This document shows, in pieces, positions 20,395 through 30,691 of a stretch of DNA of 64,000 nucleotides (positions within the stretch are counted from its first letter, which is position 1; each line of letters begins with the position of its first letter). A program made the translations under genes and the position numbers. The stretch covers positions 4,128,001-4,192,000 of the forward strand of contig OY760937.1 of assembly GCA_963664225.1 (NCBI GenBank), read 5' to 3'. This DNA comes from Verrucomicrobiia bacterium (GTDB lineage Bacteria > Verrucomicrobiota > Verrucomicrobiia > Limisphaerales > UBA1319). The notes beneath the pieces are model-generated. The model did not search any database, was not told where the DNA came from, and saw only the letters and a list, made by a program, of their open reading frames with translations.

Positions 20395-20434
20395 GGGCCG
20401 GGTGTTCGCGTGTGCGGACATGCCGGCCCTTTTT
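20395..20434 (+). terminator. Rho-independent terminator of the dcw cluster
   Basis: GGGCCGG..TGTTCGC/GCGGACA..CCGGCCC stem followed by TTTTT. Confidence 0.75.
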
Positions 20435-20454
20435 ATTTCTCGAAATGAACGGGC

Positions 20455-21360
20455 TTAATCCGTGCCCCAGCGTTTGAGAATGGGCTGGTAGGCGTCAATG
20501 CGCCGGTCCCGCAGGAAAGGCCAGTGGGTGCGGGTGACATCGACCTTGTTGAGATCCACGGTGGCGAGGAGGATTTCTTCGCGATCGGAGGAGGCTTTGG
20601 TCAATATTTCGCCGGAGGGACCTGCGATAAAGCTGCTTCCCCAAAACTCGAGACCGTCTCCGCCAACGGGTTTTTCATGACCGATGCGATTGATGGCGGC
20701 GACAAAACAGCCATTGGCGATGGCATGGGAGCGTTGAATGGTTTCCCAGGAGGCCTGCTGGGCGGCCCCGTAATGTGCTTTTTCGGAGGGATGCCAGCCG
20801 ATGGCGGTGGGGTAGAAAAGGATTTGGGCGCCCTGGAGCGCGGTCAACCGGGCCGCCTCGGGATACCATTGGTCCCAGCAGATCAGCACGCCAAGGGTGC
20901 CAAAGCGGGTTTTCCACGCGCGAAAACCGAGGTCGCCGGGTGTAAAATAAAACTTTTCGTAAAACAGCGGGTCCTCCGGGATGTGCATTTTGCGGTAAAT
21001 GCCCAGCAGGGCGCCATCGGCATCGATAATGGCTGCAGTATTGTGATAGAGGCCGGCGGCGCGTTTTTCGAAAAGGGAGGCAATGACGACGACGCCGTGC
21101 TTTTTGGCGAGGGTCTGGAAGGCGCGGGTGCTGGGGCCGGGGATGGTTTCGGCGAGTTTAAAATTGGCGTGATCCTCAGATTGACAGAAGTATTGGGAGC
21201 GAAAAAGCTCCTGGGTGCAGATGATCTGAGCTCCCTGGCGGGCCGCATTGGTGGCCATATCGAGCGTATGGCGCAGGTTGGCCGCGGGATCGGCATGGCC
21301 GGCGGATTGGAGCAGGGCCAGCGTGACCTGGGAGGTGGATGTGTTCTTTTTCCGGGGCAT
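20455..21360 (-). CDS. Carbon-nitrogen hydrolase, N-carbamoylputrescine amidase-like
   Basis: Nitrilase triad motifs QELF, YRKMHIP, ICWDQWYPE; YPTAIGW; RDRRIDAY. Confidence 0.88.
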   Translation of the reverse strand: MPRKKNTSTSQVTLALLQSAGHADPAANLRHTLDMATNAARQGAQIICTQELFRSQYFCQSEDHANFKLAETIPGPSTRAFQTLAKKHGVVVIASLFEKRAAGLYHNTAAIIDADGALLGIYRKMHIPEDPLFYEKFYFTPGDLGFRAWKTRFGTLGVLICWDQWYPEAARLTALQGAQILFYPTAIGWHPSEKAHYGAAQQASWETIQRSHAIANGCFVAAINRIGHEKPVGGDGLEFWGSSFIAGPSGEILTKASSDREEILLATVDLNKVDVTRTHWPFLRDRRIDAYQPILKRWGTD

Positions 21361-21652
21361 AATCAAAGTGATAAAACAGGCCGGTTCAAACCCTGCTGGA
21401 GACGCCCGAATGAGGCGCGCGCGCGCGAAATGCAGCCACCCGGGCGGCAGGAGCGCGAACGGCAACAAGGTGAAATACGAACTATCACAAGCGCATGGTG
21501 TGCTAAAAAACGCGACTGTCAAGGGGCTGAAAAGGCAAAAACCGCATTTTTATTGGGAAAACGCCATTTTTTTACTTGCAACGATTCTTTAAGGCGCTTT
21601 AATGCGTAATAAGTCGTTAAGACTGTGACTGAATTCCAATATTATTAAGATT

Positions 21653-21940
21653 ATGGCTAAACCACTTACCAAATCACAGATCGCGGCGGCCATCGCCGAA
21701 AAGACAGGCGTGACCAAGAAGAACGCGGTTGAGATCCTCGATTATCTGGCCGAGTTGGCCTACAAAAATGCCAAGAATACCTTCACCCTTCCGGGCTTGG
21801 GTAAACTGGTGCTTGTGAACCGCAAGGCTCGCATCGGCCGTAATCCGGCCACTGGCGAATCGATCAAGATCGCCGCCAAGAAGGTTGTGAAGTTCCGCGT
21901 GGCCAAAGCCGCGAAAGATGCGATTTTGGGCACCAAGTAA
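21653..21940 (+). CDS. hup: HU-family DNA-binding protein
   Basis: LTKSQI, LPGLGKL, RKARIGRNPATGE. Confidence 0.93.
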   Translation: MAKPLTKSQIAAAIAEKTGVTKKNAVEILDYLAELAYKNAKNTFTLPGLGKLVLVNRKARIGRNPATGESIKIAAKKVVKFRVAKAAKDAILGTK

Positions 21941-21956
21941 TCGCTTTTTATCAAAT

Positions 21957-21989
21957 AAGGCGCTCTGCGAATAACAGAGCGCCTTTTTT
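21957..21989 (+). terminator. Rho-independent terminator after HU
   Basis: AAGGCGCTCTG-cgaataa-CAGAGCGCCTT-TTTT. Confidence 0.85.
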
Positions 21990-22138
21990 GTGTACCCCCA
22001 CGTACATGGTTTGGAGGCTCAGGTATCAAGCTGTTGGGACAAGAACCGATGCGCATGGAGTGACGACTTCCGGGCCGGTCAATGCATGGGGTCGTGTATT
22101 CATTGGAAATTTGGCAAACCGGAGGCACACTGCAAGGG

Positions 22139-23941
22139 ATGCCGGTTAACGACGACATACAGATCGAAGAACAGTTTGAGCAAAAGCCGCTGAGCAAGGC
22201 CACATTCTCGCGGCTGTCGTTTTATTTGAGGCCTTACCGGCGGGCGTTCGTGTGGAATCTGATTTTGACGCTTCTGGCCACGCTGTGCCAACTGGCCGGG
22301 CCGAAGCTGGTGCAGGTGGGCATCGACCGGTATTTGACGCATATCGTGAGCGATGCGGTGGCGTATCAGGGGGTGTTGTTGGTGGGGGTGATTTACCTGA
22401 TCAATCTGCTGATTGGCTGGGGAATCTCGGTGGCCCAGGTCAAGCAGGCCATTGCGATCGGACAGGGGGCGATGAACGACCTGCGGGAGGAGGTCTTCAA
22501 ACACATCCAGAGACTGTCGATGAACTATTTCGACAAGACCCACCAGGGCCGGATCATCAACCGGGCGGATACGGACATCGATTCGCTGGATCGGGTGTTG
22601 ACCTGGGGCGCGAACCAAATGGTTTCGAGCGGCTTGACGTTGATTGGGGTGGTGGCGCTGATGCTCCAATACGATTGGCGGCTGTGTCTGGCGGTCAGCG
22701 CCGTGCTGCCGCCGCTGGCAGTGGCCACGCGGCTTTTCCATATCCACGGCATGCGGGCCTATCGCAAGGTTCGCGAGCAATCCGCGCGGCTATCCTCGGC
22801 CATGGCGGAAAACATCGCCGGGGTGCGCGTGGTTCAGGCCTTCAGCCGCGAGGAGGAAAATCTGAATCGCTTCCAGCAAATCCACGCGACGCACAACGAA
22901 TACGCGCTGGCGGCCGCCCGGGTGTTTCACACCTACATGCCGTTCCTGGGCTTCATGTCGGGCGTAGGCTCTGCGATCATTCTGGGCTACGGCGGAAGCC
23001 TGGTTCTCAAGGGGGAGATCACCATGGGCGAACTGACGGCCTTTCTCCTCTACCTGGGCATGTTTTTCGGTCCGATCCAGACGATGGGGGATTTGTATAA
23101 TGCGCTGCTTTCGACGGCGGCCAGCGCGGAACGGATTTTTCAACTGCTGGACACGCAGCCATCGGTACAGAACCGGGATCAGGCGGCGCCGTTGGGAGTC
23201 ATTCGCGGTCATGTGGTTTTCGAGCATGTGTTTTTTCATTACGACACCACGCCGCCGAACACCTGGGTGCTCGACGATATTTGTTTCGAGGCGCGCCCCG
23301 GGGAAACCGTGGCGCTGGTCGGACGAACGGGTTCGGGAAAGACCAGCGTGATCAGTTTGCTGGCCCGGTTTTACGAGCCGCAGAAGGGCCGGATTCTGGT
23401 GGATGGCGTCGATCTGGCCACCACCACGGTGGAATCCCTGCGGGCGCAAATTGGGATTGTGACGCAGGAAAATTTTCTTTTTACCGGCACCGTGATGGAC
23501 AACCTGAAATTTGCGCGACCCGAGGCCACGGACTCAGAGGTCAAGGAGGCGGCGCGCGAATTGGGTGTGGACGCGATCATTGCAAAGCTCGACAAGGGCT
23601 ACGAAACGCCGGTATCGGAACGCGGCGGGAATTTCAGCGCCGGAGAGCGGCAATTGCTGTGTTTCGCGCGCGCGATGGTGGCGCACCCGCGGATTCTCAT
23701 TCTGGACGAAGCCACCAGCGCGGTGGATCCGAACACCGAGGCGCTGATTCAGGCGGCGCTTCTGAAGCTGGTTTCCCGGCAAACGTGTTTTGTGATCGCG
23801 CACCGGCTGTCCACCGTGCGCAAGGCCAGCCGTATACTCGTTCTGGAGGGCGGGCGCATCATCGAACAGGGGACCCACGAAACGCTCATGGCCGGAAATG
23901 GCCGCTACCGCGATTTGTACACTGAGTTCACGCGACAATAA
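22139..23941 (+). CDS. ABC exporter (fused TMD + NBD, MsbA/MdlB-like)
   Basis: TM domain, GRTGSGKT, FSAGERQ, ILDEATS, IAHRLST. Confidence 0.93.
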   Translation: MPVNDDIQIEEQFEQKPLSKATFSRLSFYLRPYRRAFVWNLILTLLATLCQLAGPKLVQVGIDRYLTHIVSDAVAYQGVLLVGVIYLINLLIGWGISVAQVKQAIAIGQGAMNDLREEVFKHIQRLSMNYFDKTHQGRIINRADTDIDSLDRVLTWGANQMVSSGLTLIGVVALMLQYDWRLCLAVSAVLPPLAVATRLFHIHGMRAYRKVREQSARLSSAMAENIAGVRVVQAFSREEENLNRFQQIHATHNEYALAAARVFHTYMPFLGFMSGVGSAIILGYGGSLVLKGEITMGELTAFLLYLGMFFGPIQTMGDLYNALLSTAASAERIFQLLDTQPSVQNRDQAAPLGVIRGHVVFEHVFFHYDTTPPNTWVLDDICFEARPGETVALVGRTGSGKTSVISLLARFYEPQKGRILVDGVDLATTTVESLRAQIGIVTQENFLFTGTVMDNLKFARPEATDSEVKEAARELGVDAIIAKLDKGYETPVSERGGNFSAGERQLLCFARAMVAHPRILILDEATSAVDPNTEALIQAALLKLVSRQTCFVIAHRLSTVRKASRILVLEGGRIIEQGTHETLMAGNGRYRDLYTEFTRQ

Positions 23942-23969
23942 AAAGGGCGCCGGAAACCACTCCGGCGCC
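23940..23969 (-). terminator. Terminator between converging ABC exporter and hsp20
   Basis: GGCGCCGGA/TCCGGCGCC stem with an A-run on the left (U-tract on the minus strand). Confidence 0.65.
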
Positions 23970-24012
23970 GTAGTTACAACCCATTTCCAATCAACCCAAT
24001 CAGACCAAATGT

Positions 24013-24492
24013 TTAGCCGATCTTGATATCGACGGTTTTAGGTTTGGCTTTTTCGCTCTTGGCCACATGGACCTTGAGCATGCCATCCTTGAATTCGGCG
24101 CTGACCTTCGATTCGTCGGCATCCTCGGGCATGACGAAACTGCGGAGAAAACTTCCATAGGCCCGCTCGATGCGATGATAGCGTTTGCCTTTGTCCTCTT
24201 TCTCGAATTTGCGCTCGCCGCGCAGCATCAAGACGCCGTTCTCGAGGGTCACCGCCACATCCTCTTTCTGGACATCGGGCAACTCCGCCTTAATGGTGTA
24301 TTCCTTGTCGTCCTCGGCAATATCCACCAGTGGCGCCCACTCGGCCGCGCTGGCGTTCACGGCACCCTTTTCACCGGTCACCGGCATTCGTTCTACCGAG
24401 GGATTAAAAAGGGAGGCGAGACGGTTTTGCAGCAATTCCATTTCCTTGAAAGGATTCCACTTTCCAGTTTCGTTCTGTGTTAATGCGTTCAT
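24013..24492 (-). CDS. Small heat-shock protein (Hsp20/alpha-crystallin)
   Basis: WAPLVDI, KAELP, RIERAYGSFLRSF, AEFKDGML. Confidence 0.95.
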   Translation of the reverse strand: MNALTQNETGKWNPFKEMELLQNRLASLFNPSVERMPVTGEKGAVNASAAEWAPLVDIAEDDKEYTIKAELPDVQKEDVAVTLENGVLMLRGERKFEKEDKGKRYHRIERAYGSFLRSFVMPEDADESKVSAEFKDGMLKVHVAKSEKAKPKTVDIKIG

Positions 24493-24582
24493 AGTCTCAT
24501 TTCTTTCTGTGTTGATGCGTCGTCTTCCGCAACCCACGACTGACGGGCATCACGTTTTACATCGTTTAACGCCTCAGAAAGG

Positions 24583-24714
24583 ATCATCTTCCGTGCCAGC
24601 ACCGTGATTATTTATAAAACACTTGTAATGAATAATATACAGAAGTGGCGTTTTTAGATATGTGACATAATGACCCATGTATTACAGCATAAACATGAGA
24701 CATTAAGCGTCACA
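24583..24714 (-). promoter_or_regulatory. Possible sigma54-type promoter region of hsp20
   Basis: TGGCAC-N5-ATGAT (imperfect -12), IHF-like TATAAAACACTTG, dyad TGTGACA-N3-TGACCCA. Confidence 0.35.
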
Positions 24715-24920
24715 TTGTCCCTACACAGTTCATTATTTTGCCGTTAACATTTGACGGCGGCCGGATTCGCTGTGAGTGTAACGGGCCTTTGGGATGCCAC
24801 GCCGGATGTTTGAGCATTTTCGGTCATGCGGAATTTTAATACGTATCATCGGTTTTGTGATTGCATTGGATGGGGGTATTGGTATTCTAATCCTTCGTAT
24901 TTGGATAAAGAGAGGACCTC

Positions 24921-25178
24921 TTGAACTCGGAACTTTGTAACAAAGCACTAAAAAAAGTCGGCAACGCCAACACCTTGATTAACCTGGTGTCCAAGCGTGT
25001 CCGCCAACTGACATCAGGCGGCGGCGGCAACTCGAGACCCTTGGTGACGGAAACCGCCAATCAAGGTTGGGCGGACATTGCCTTGCGGGAGTTGATCGAA
25101 GATAAGATTGGCTGGGAAGCCTGCGAAGCTGAGCCCACGTCGGCGGAACCTGGAACCAAGAAGCGCAAGAAGGCTTAG
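24921..25178 (+). CDS. rpoZ: RNA polymerase omega subunit
   Basis: LINLVSKRVRQL...RPLV...DIALRELIEDKI; TTG start. Confidence 0.85.
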   Translation: MNSELCNKALKKVGNANTLINLVSKRVRQLTSGGGGNSRPLVTETANQGWADIALRELIEDKIGWEACEAEPTSAEPGTKKRKKA

Positions 25179-25304
25179 CGGCGCAGGATAGCTTTCCTGG
25201 GGGGAGTTCGCGAATTTAGGCTGGAACCACAATTCCGGCCTGTTTTTGTCAACGGTCATTAATTCCTTTTAAATCCGATAGCCAGATAACGGCGAAAACG
25301 GACC

Positions 25305-25766
25305 ATGGCCATGTCGGACATACTGAATAACTCCAAGGCGCGTCGCGATTACAATATTCTGGAAACCGTCGAGGCGGGCATCGCTTTGCACGGGACGGAA
25401 GTAAAATCCCTGCGTGGGGGCAAGGGGCAGATACGGGATGCGTTCGCGCTGGTGGAACGCGGCGAGGTGTTTCTTCACAACGCGCACATCGACGAGTATT
25501 CCTTCGGCAACCTCCAGAACCACCAGCCCAAGTCCGTCCGCAAACTGCTCCTCCACAAGTCCGAGATTCGTCGCCTAAGCTCCAGCCTTGCGGCCAAGGG
25601 GACGGCGCTGGTGCCGCTGTCGTTTTATTGGAAAAACGGCAAGGTGAAGGTTCTGCTGGCCGTGGGCAAGGGCAAGGCGGAATACGACAAGCGGGAGACG
25701 ATGAAAGAGCAGGAGGCGGATCGGGAGTTGAAGCGGGCCACAATGCACCGGTTCAAGGGGCGCTAG
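25305..25766 (+). CDS. smpB: SsrA-binding protein
   Basis: NSKARRDY, EAGIALHGTEVKSLR, RKLLLHK, GKGKAEYDKR. Confidence 0.97.
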   Translation: MAMSDILNNSKARRDYNILETVEAGIALHGTEVKSLRGGKGQIRDAFALVERGEVFLHNAHIDEYSFGNLQNHQPKSVRKLLLHKSEIRRLSSSLAAKGTALVPLSFYWKNGKVKVLLAVGKGKAEYDKRETMKEQEADRELKRATMHRFKGR

Positions 25767-25845
25767 ACGATCGAAGGGTCGCCCGACGCGGGTCAATAGA
25801 CGGTTCGCATGTTCCAAATTCTCCCATCCTTCTGATCTGTACACG

Positions 25846-25872
25846 AAAAAACGAGGTCCGGAGACCTCGTTT
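25846..25872 (-). terminator. Terminator of rpmB (possibly bidirectional)
   Basis: AAAAAACGAGGTC-cgga-GACCTCGTTT. Confidence 0.75.
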
Positions 25873-25891
25873 CAAATTGGTCGCGGAACGC

Positions 25892-26164
25892 TTAGGCCTT
25901 GGCGGCTGCGGCGGTCGGCTTCACATAGGTGCGCTTGAGAGGCTTGGTGACCAAACCCTTCTTCAAAGCCTTCGCGCAGACCTTGATATAACGCACTTCG
26001 CCATTGATCACGGCCTTGACGCGTTTCAAATTGACCATGAAGCGTCGTTTGGTAATCGCTGTAACATGCGTACCAATACCACCGCTCTTCTTGGCTTTAC
26101 CACTGCGCCAGATAATGTTGCCCTTAACGGGGCGCTTTCCAGTCAATTCACAAATTTTAGCCAT
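25892..26164 (-). CDS. rpmB: 50S ribosomal protein L28
   Basis: MAKICELTGKRP...TKRRFMVNL...KVCAKALK. Confidence 0.95.
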   Translation of the reverse strand: MAKICELTGKRPVKGNIIWRSGKAKKSGGIGTHVTAITKRRFMVNLKRVKAVINGEVRYIKVCAKALKKGLVTKPLKRTYVKPTAAAAKA

Positions 26165-26435
26165 ATACCATTCTTTCGCTCTAAAAGAGGGGACAAGCTA
26201 ATAATTACATCGGCCCACCGCAAGCCAAATTTTGGATTTTTTGCAGGGCAGGCGGCTTTTGGATCATTTCAAGTGTGGATGCGAGGCGTTTAAACAGTCG
26301 CCCTGGCGCCGTGGTTCCCGGAATGCAGCAGTTTTTGCCATGATAATACGGGATGACGGGTGTCCGGTGCTCCTGCGAGCAGAGGACGGCCTGAAATGGA
26401 ATTGATTTATACGATGGATCGCACCATAAGTGAGC

Positions 26436-29400
26436 ATGCCCAATGCAAGACCTTCAAATCCTTTCTGGAGCCGCCGTGATTTTCTGTCGGGGCTGGCGCA
26501 AATAGGCGTGGTATGCACTGTCGCACCCGTACCGATGGCGTGGGGAGAGGAAACGCCCGCAACGGGAATTCCGGACCCGGTGCTGACCTTTCCAGGTCCA
26601 TGGAGTTTTAATCGACCCAAAGCGGGGCTCATCCTGGTGACCGACCAGCAATTGGACGATTTGCAGGATCCCGACAAGGAAGTGGATGTCAGCCTGTCTT
26701 CGACACCCAACCGGATCACGTTGCGGAGTTTTTGCGCGCAACAACAGGCCGCCGGGGTTCGCACCATCATTCTGGCGTTCGACCACTTTTTCGCCCAATA
26801 CCGGAAGGGGCAGGGGGAAAAAGGCCGCGAGTATATGCCGGATACGGATGCCTACCTCCAGCGCATCCAAAAGATCAGCCAGACGCTGAAAGAATACGGC
26901 CTGGGTCTGGAATTGAGCCTGCTCAGTCCACTGGAACTGGGGCCGGGGTATCGCAAGCAAACGGGCGGTCATGGCCGCTGGGTGCAATACCGCGAAGGAG
27001 TGCGCGACGCGAAGACCGGCTTTTACGATGTGCAACTCTGGGAGCACCGACGCTGGACCAATAACAAGGGAACCATCGATGTGCGGCGCGATGGCGTGCG
27101 CGTATTCGCGTTTAAGGAGCAACGCGTGGGGGGAACTGCTTTCTACGCGGTGAACCCGGCTGAAATTGTGGAGTTGAAAGAAAAGCCGGAGTTGCGCGAG
27201 TGGGAGGGGGCGTCGGTGGATGTGGGAGGGAGTTTCTCCGCGCGCCGACTCAGTGTCAGCGGAAGCGGGGATGCGCAGGCGGTGGGACTGGACCGTGTGC
27301 TGGTGGTTGTTTCCTATGACACGCCGGAACTGGATTATTTCAGTCCCCAGGCCGCGCCTTTCCTGAAAAGTCTGGTTCAACGTTACCACGAGGCGGGGGT
27401 GCCATTGAACGGGCTTTACTCGGACGAAATGCACATCCAGCAGGACTGGGTTTATAGCGGGCATCACGACGAGGGCCAATTCACGCTGCGATATCTGACG
27501 CAATCCATGGCGGAGGCCTTTGCTTCAACCTACGGTGCCGAATTCAAGGACTTCGAAAAGTATCTGGTCTATTTTTGCTACGGCCAGCATGGATTTTTAT
27601 CCAACCTGGATGCGCGGCTGCAGGACCAGCATGTGTTGGATGGCTCGCCTGAGGGCATCCAGCGCACGTTCCTGCTGCGACGCCGGTATTATGATTTGCT
27701 GGATCGGACCGTGATCGGGTTGTTCACCGGGGCCAGGGAGTATGCCGAATCCCTCTATGGGCACGCGCTTGAAGCCCGTGCTCACGCGACCTGGGCGCAG
27801 AGTCCGACGATTGATTACTGGGAGCGGGGCAATCAACCGCACGCCCCCAAGCAATACGAATACACGCCGGATTTTCAGTGGTCGAACACCATCCAGCAAT
27901 CTGCCGCAGCCTGCGCGGATTACTTTCGGTGGAACGATTTTCTCACGGGCGGGGGTAACGACCATGCCGAAGGGGGCTGGTCCGACCGCGACTACTATGC
28001 CCTGGCGCTGGCGTGTTCAACGGGGATTCTCAACCGGGTTCCGTATGCCTATGCGGCGCACTGGGGGATGCCTGCGGCGGCCTCCGAGCGACGACAGGCC
28101 CTTGTGGATGCCTATGGGACATCAGCGCAGCCTTCGTTTCAGGCAATCGAAAACTCGGAGCATCGCGACGTGGAGGTGCTGATGTTGTATCCGCTTTCGC
28201 TGGTTGCGTGCGAGGAACGTTTTGGGAGTTGGATGACGCAATACGGCTACGCGAACTACGTCACTGCGGAACGGTTGTTGTCCGCGGGCAAAGTGACGGG
28301 GGACGGGCGGATCGCCATGGCCGGACGCAGTTTCAGCACGTTGGCCGCGCTGTTTGAACCGCTGCCTCCGGCGGGCTTGATGGAATTTCTGGAGGACTTT
28401 GTCAACAAGGGCGGGCGCTTGATCTGGTCGGGCCCACCGCCGCGACTGGATATGAGCGGCACGGCGATTTTGGAGCGCTGGCAGAATCTCATGGGAGTGC
28501 AGCGTCTGGACTTCGCTCAGGAAGGACTTTCCGCACCGGGTCAAATGGTTGAATTCGAGGGCGCGCTCCAAACGGTTCCCAAACAAACCATCCTCACTGC
28601 GTTCCTCGTGGATCGTGTGTATCCGGTCGCGCCGCAGAAAGAGGCGGGTGTTCTTGCGCGAGTGGATGGAAAAATCACGGGCACCAGCCGCAAAACGGCG
28701 CAGGGCGGAAGCGCGGTTTATCTGGGATTCCGTCCCCGCGACGACCAGGCGGCCTCGCTGGGTTATGAAACGCGGACCTGGTTTGAGATTCTCAAGGCGT
28801 TGGGGGCGTATCCAAAGACACGGGAGAACGTGCCCACGCAGGATAATCCGAGTGTGTTGTCCCGGGAAAATCCCTGGCTGGCGTGCCGTTTCCCGAACGG
28901 GACAGTGACCGTGGCCGTGCATTACAATCGTCATGTGGAAAGCTGGCCGGGCGGATTCCAGCGCAATCCCAAGGAGGACGAAACCATCCTGGCGGGCAAT
29001 CCACTTCCACCCGACCGTCTGGAGCTTAATGCGATCTGGATCAACGGTTGGAAGGTAAGTTACCGGGGGCGTTTGCTGGTGGCATTTCGCGCGGGTGAGG
29101 GCAATACCCTGCTGGCCTTTGGCGGCTATGATTGTGAGCGGATTGTCATCAACGACCGGGAGCATCGCTTCGCGGACAAGCCCATGCCGCATCTGGCCTG
29201 GGCGCCTGTGGCCACGAACCGGCGTGTGACTGGCGGGGCGGTGATGGAGATTTGGGCGGTGGGTGACGCCCTCATAAGTATTCCGTTGCCCCCGGACGCA
29301 ATGAAGGGAAAACTGTTTTTCGCGGGAACCAAACTTGGTTCGCTGGGTGGCGAGATTCCATCCGAGTGCAGGGAAGGCGTCCTGCATTTTGAGTCAAAAT

Positions 29401-29438
29401 CCAGTTGGCCGCAAAAGCACTTGTATTGGGGTGTATGA
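26436..29438 (+). CDS. Large Tat-exported hypothetical protein, possibly glycoside hydrolase-like
   Basis: SRRDFL twin-arginine signal; aromatic-rich; YSDEMH motif; no family recognised with certainty. Confidence 0.6.
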   Translation: MPNARPSNPFWSRRDFLSGLAQIGVVCTVAPVPMAWGEETPATGIPDPVLTFPGPWSFNRPKAGLILVTDQQLDDLQDPDKEVDVSLSSTPNRITLRSFCAQQQAAGVRTIILAFDHFFAQYRKGQGEKGREYMPDTDAYLQRIQKISQTLKEYGLGLELSLLSPLELGPGYRKQTGGHGRWVQYREGVRDAKTGFYDVQLWEHRRWTNNKGTIDVRRDGVRVFAFKEQRVGGTAFYAVNPAEIVELKEKPELREWEGASVDVGGSFSARRLSVSGSGDAQAVGLDRVLVVVSYDTPELDYFSPQAAPFLKSLVQRYHEAGVPLNGLYSDEMHIQQDWVYSGHHDEGQFTLRYLTQSMAEAFASTYGAEFKDFEKYLVYFCYGQHGFLSNLDARLQDQHVLDGSPEGIQRTFLLRRRYYDLLDRTVIGLFTGAREYAESLYGHALEARAHATWAQSPTIDYWERGNQPHAPKQYEYTPDFQWSNTIQQSAAACADYFRWNDFLTGGGNDHAEGGWSDRDYYALALACSTGILNRVPYAYAAHWGMPAAASERRQALVDAYGTSAQPSFQAIENSEHRDVEVLMLYPLSLVACEERFGSWMTQYGYANYVTAERLLSAGKVTGDGRIAMAGRSFSTLAALFEPLPPAGLMEFLEDFVNKGGRLIWSGPPPRLDMSGTAILERWQNLMGVQRLDFAQEGLSAPGQMVEFEGALQTVPKQTILTAFLVDRVYPVAPQKEAGVLARVDGKITGTSRKTAQGGSAVYLGFRPRDDQAASLGYETRTWFEILKALGAYPKTRENVPTQDNPSVLSRENPWLACRFPNGTVTVAVHYNRHVESWPGGFQRNPKEDETILAGNPLPPDRLELNAIWINGWKVSYRGRLLVAFRAGEGNTLLAFGGYDCERIVINDREHRFADKPMPHLAWAPVATNRRVTGGAVMEIWAVGDALISIPLPPDAMKGKLFFAGTKLGSLGGEIPSECREGVLHFESKSSWPQKHLYWGV

Positions 29439-29583
29439 CAAAATTCGTCGGTAAGAAAAAAGTCCCTTAGAGCCCCATCCCTCCAACTCCCTCTCCGCTC
29501 GTGCCTCGCAGGGCGGGAGAGAAGATATGCGGCACGGTCACGCTCGTGCCAATTCAGGTTTGGGGCGAGAGTGAGGAATTTTA

Positions 29584-30114
29584 TCACGCACCTGTCGTCT
29601 GCAGCGATTTGGCAGGTGGCAACATCAATTGCAGATAGATTGCATCGAACCTTTGATTGAACTTCTGGCCGACATCCCGCAAGTGCGCGACCTTCTGGAA
29701 TCCGAATTTCTCGTGCAGTCGAAGGCTCGGTGTCTGATCTGCGGAGATGTTTGCAAGAATGGAACGCAGGCCCGAGCGCCGCGCGGCATCAATCAGTGCC
29801 TGGAGCAACTGACTCCCAATCCGCTGACGGTGAAAATCATGATGCACATAGATGGAGTCTTCCAGCATGCCCGCGGCAGTGTAGGCCGCCCGGAATGAGC
29901 CGAGCGCGCCCCAGCCGACGACGCGCCCGTCATGCTCGGCAACCACAATGGGCATGGACGGTGTGTGCTCCTGATACCAGGCGATGCGTTCGGCTTCCGA
30001 ACACGGTTGCGTGGTCCAAACGCAAGTGGAGTGCGCCACGTAATGATTGTAGATCGCGTTGATTTCGGTGAGGTCGGCGGAACTGCCCGGTCGGATGATG
30101 AGGTGGTCCATCAT
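29584..30114 (-). CDS. GNAT N-acetyltransferase, YncA/phosphinothricin acetyltransferase family; possibly an old gene cassette
   Basis: INAIYNHYV, EDSIYV, RIGSQLL, SLRLHEKFGF, VGQKF. Confidence 0.9.
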   Translation of the reverse strand: MMDHLIIRPGSSADLTEINAIYNHYVAHSTCVWTTQPCSEAERIAWYQEHTPSMPIVVAEHDGRVVGWGALGSFRAAYTAAGMLEDSIYVHHDFHRQRIGSQLLQALIDAARRSGLRSILANISADQTPSLRLHEKFGFQKVAHLRDVGQKFNQRFDAIYLQLMLPPAKSLQTTGA

Positions 30115-30154
30115 GGATTCGAGACTTTCAGGCAATGCAGGATTTGTCGGTGGT

Positions 30155-30254
30155 GGTAAACGTGGAGGGGTTAGGCGCTCGGGGGTGAGGACATGAACCG
30201 CGTGCGGAACTGGAGACGCCATTCCGTCTTGCCTGTTGCGATATTTTGTCAGGC
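30155..30254 (-). repeat. Degenerate attC site
   Basis: Minus strand GCCTGAC...CAGTTCCGCACGCGGTTCATG...GTTTACC, 100 bp; shares the TTCCGC..CGCGGTTCA core with the other sites. Confidence 0.6.
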
Positions 30255-30278
30255 TGCTGGTCGTAAATCATCTGCGTA

Positions 30279-30581
30279 TCAAGTCAAAGCCCTGCCTTTT
30301 CTCTCTCGCCACGCAGCCCAGGCCAACATGACGAGATACTGCGCTATCCAGCCGATCAACAAAGCTGGCACCGCACTCCAAAGCAATGTCTCAACAAAAA
30401 AGCGCCAAATGTCATGGGTGATTCTGTAATCAGTCTGGTGCAAATAGCTCATCAAATAACCCCAGTCCGAAATCATCGAACCCTTCACATCGCGTGTCCT
30501 CGCCCAACTATAAACTATCGGCGGGACGCTAAGCGCCATCCATAGCCACCAATTTATCTTTAGCTTGCGATGAATTTCCAT
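30279..30581 (-). CDS. Cassette-encoded small membrane protein
   Basis: ATG 11 nt after the attC core GTTAGGT; two hydrophobic Trp-rich segments. Confidence 0.7.
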   Translation of the reverse strand: MEIHRKLKINWWLWMALSVPPIVYSWARTRDVKGSMISDWGYLMSYLHQTDYRITHDIWRFFVETLLWSAVPALLIGWIAQYLVMLAWAAWRERKGRALT

Positions 30582-30592
30582 ACGCGTAAGCA

Positions 30593-30691
30593 ACCTAACG
30601 TGGATAGATGAGCCGACGCTGACTCGCGGCGTGAAGCGCGTCAACGGAATAGGCCGCGACAACGGCGGTTGGACCAGGAGATCGGTTAGGC
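30593..30691 (-). repeat. attC site (99 bp)
   Basis: Minus strand GCCTAAC...GTTAGGT; the upstream ORF's TAA stop lies within GCCTAAC. Confidence 0.88.

Noticed and set aside
25179..25304. tmRNA next to smpB
   Set aside because: The flanking gaps are too short and lack tRNA-like ends.
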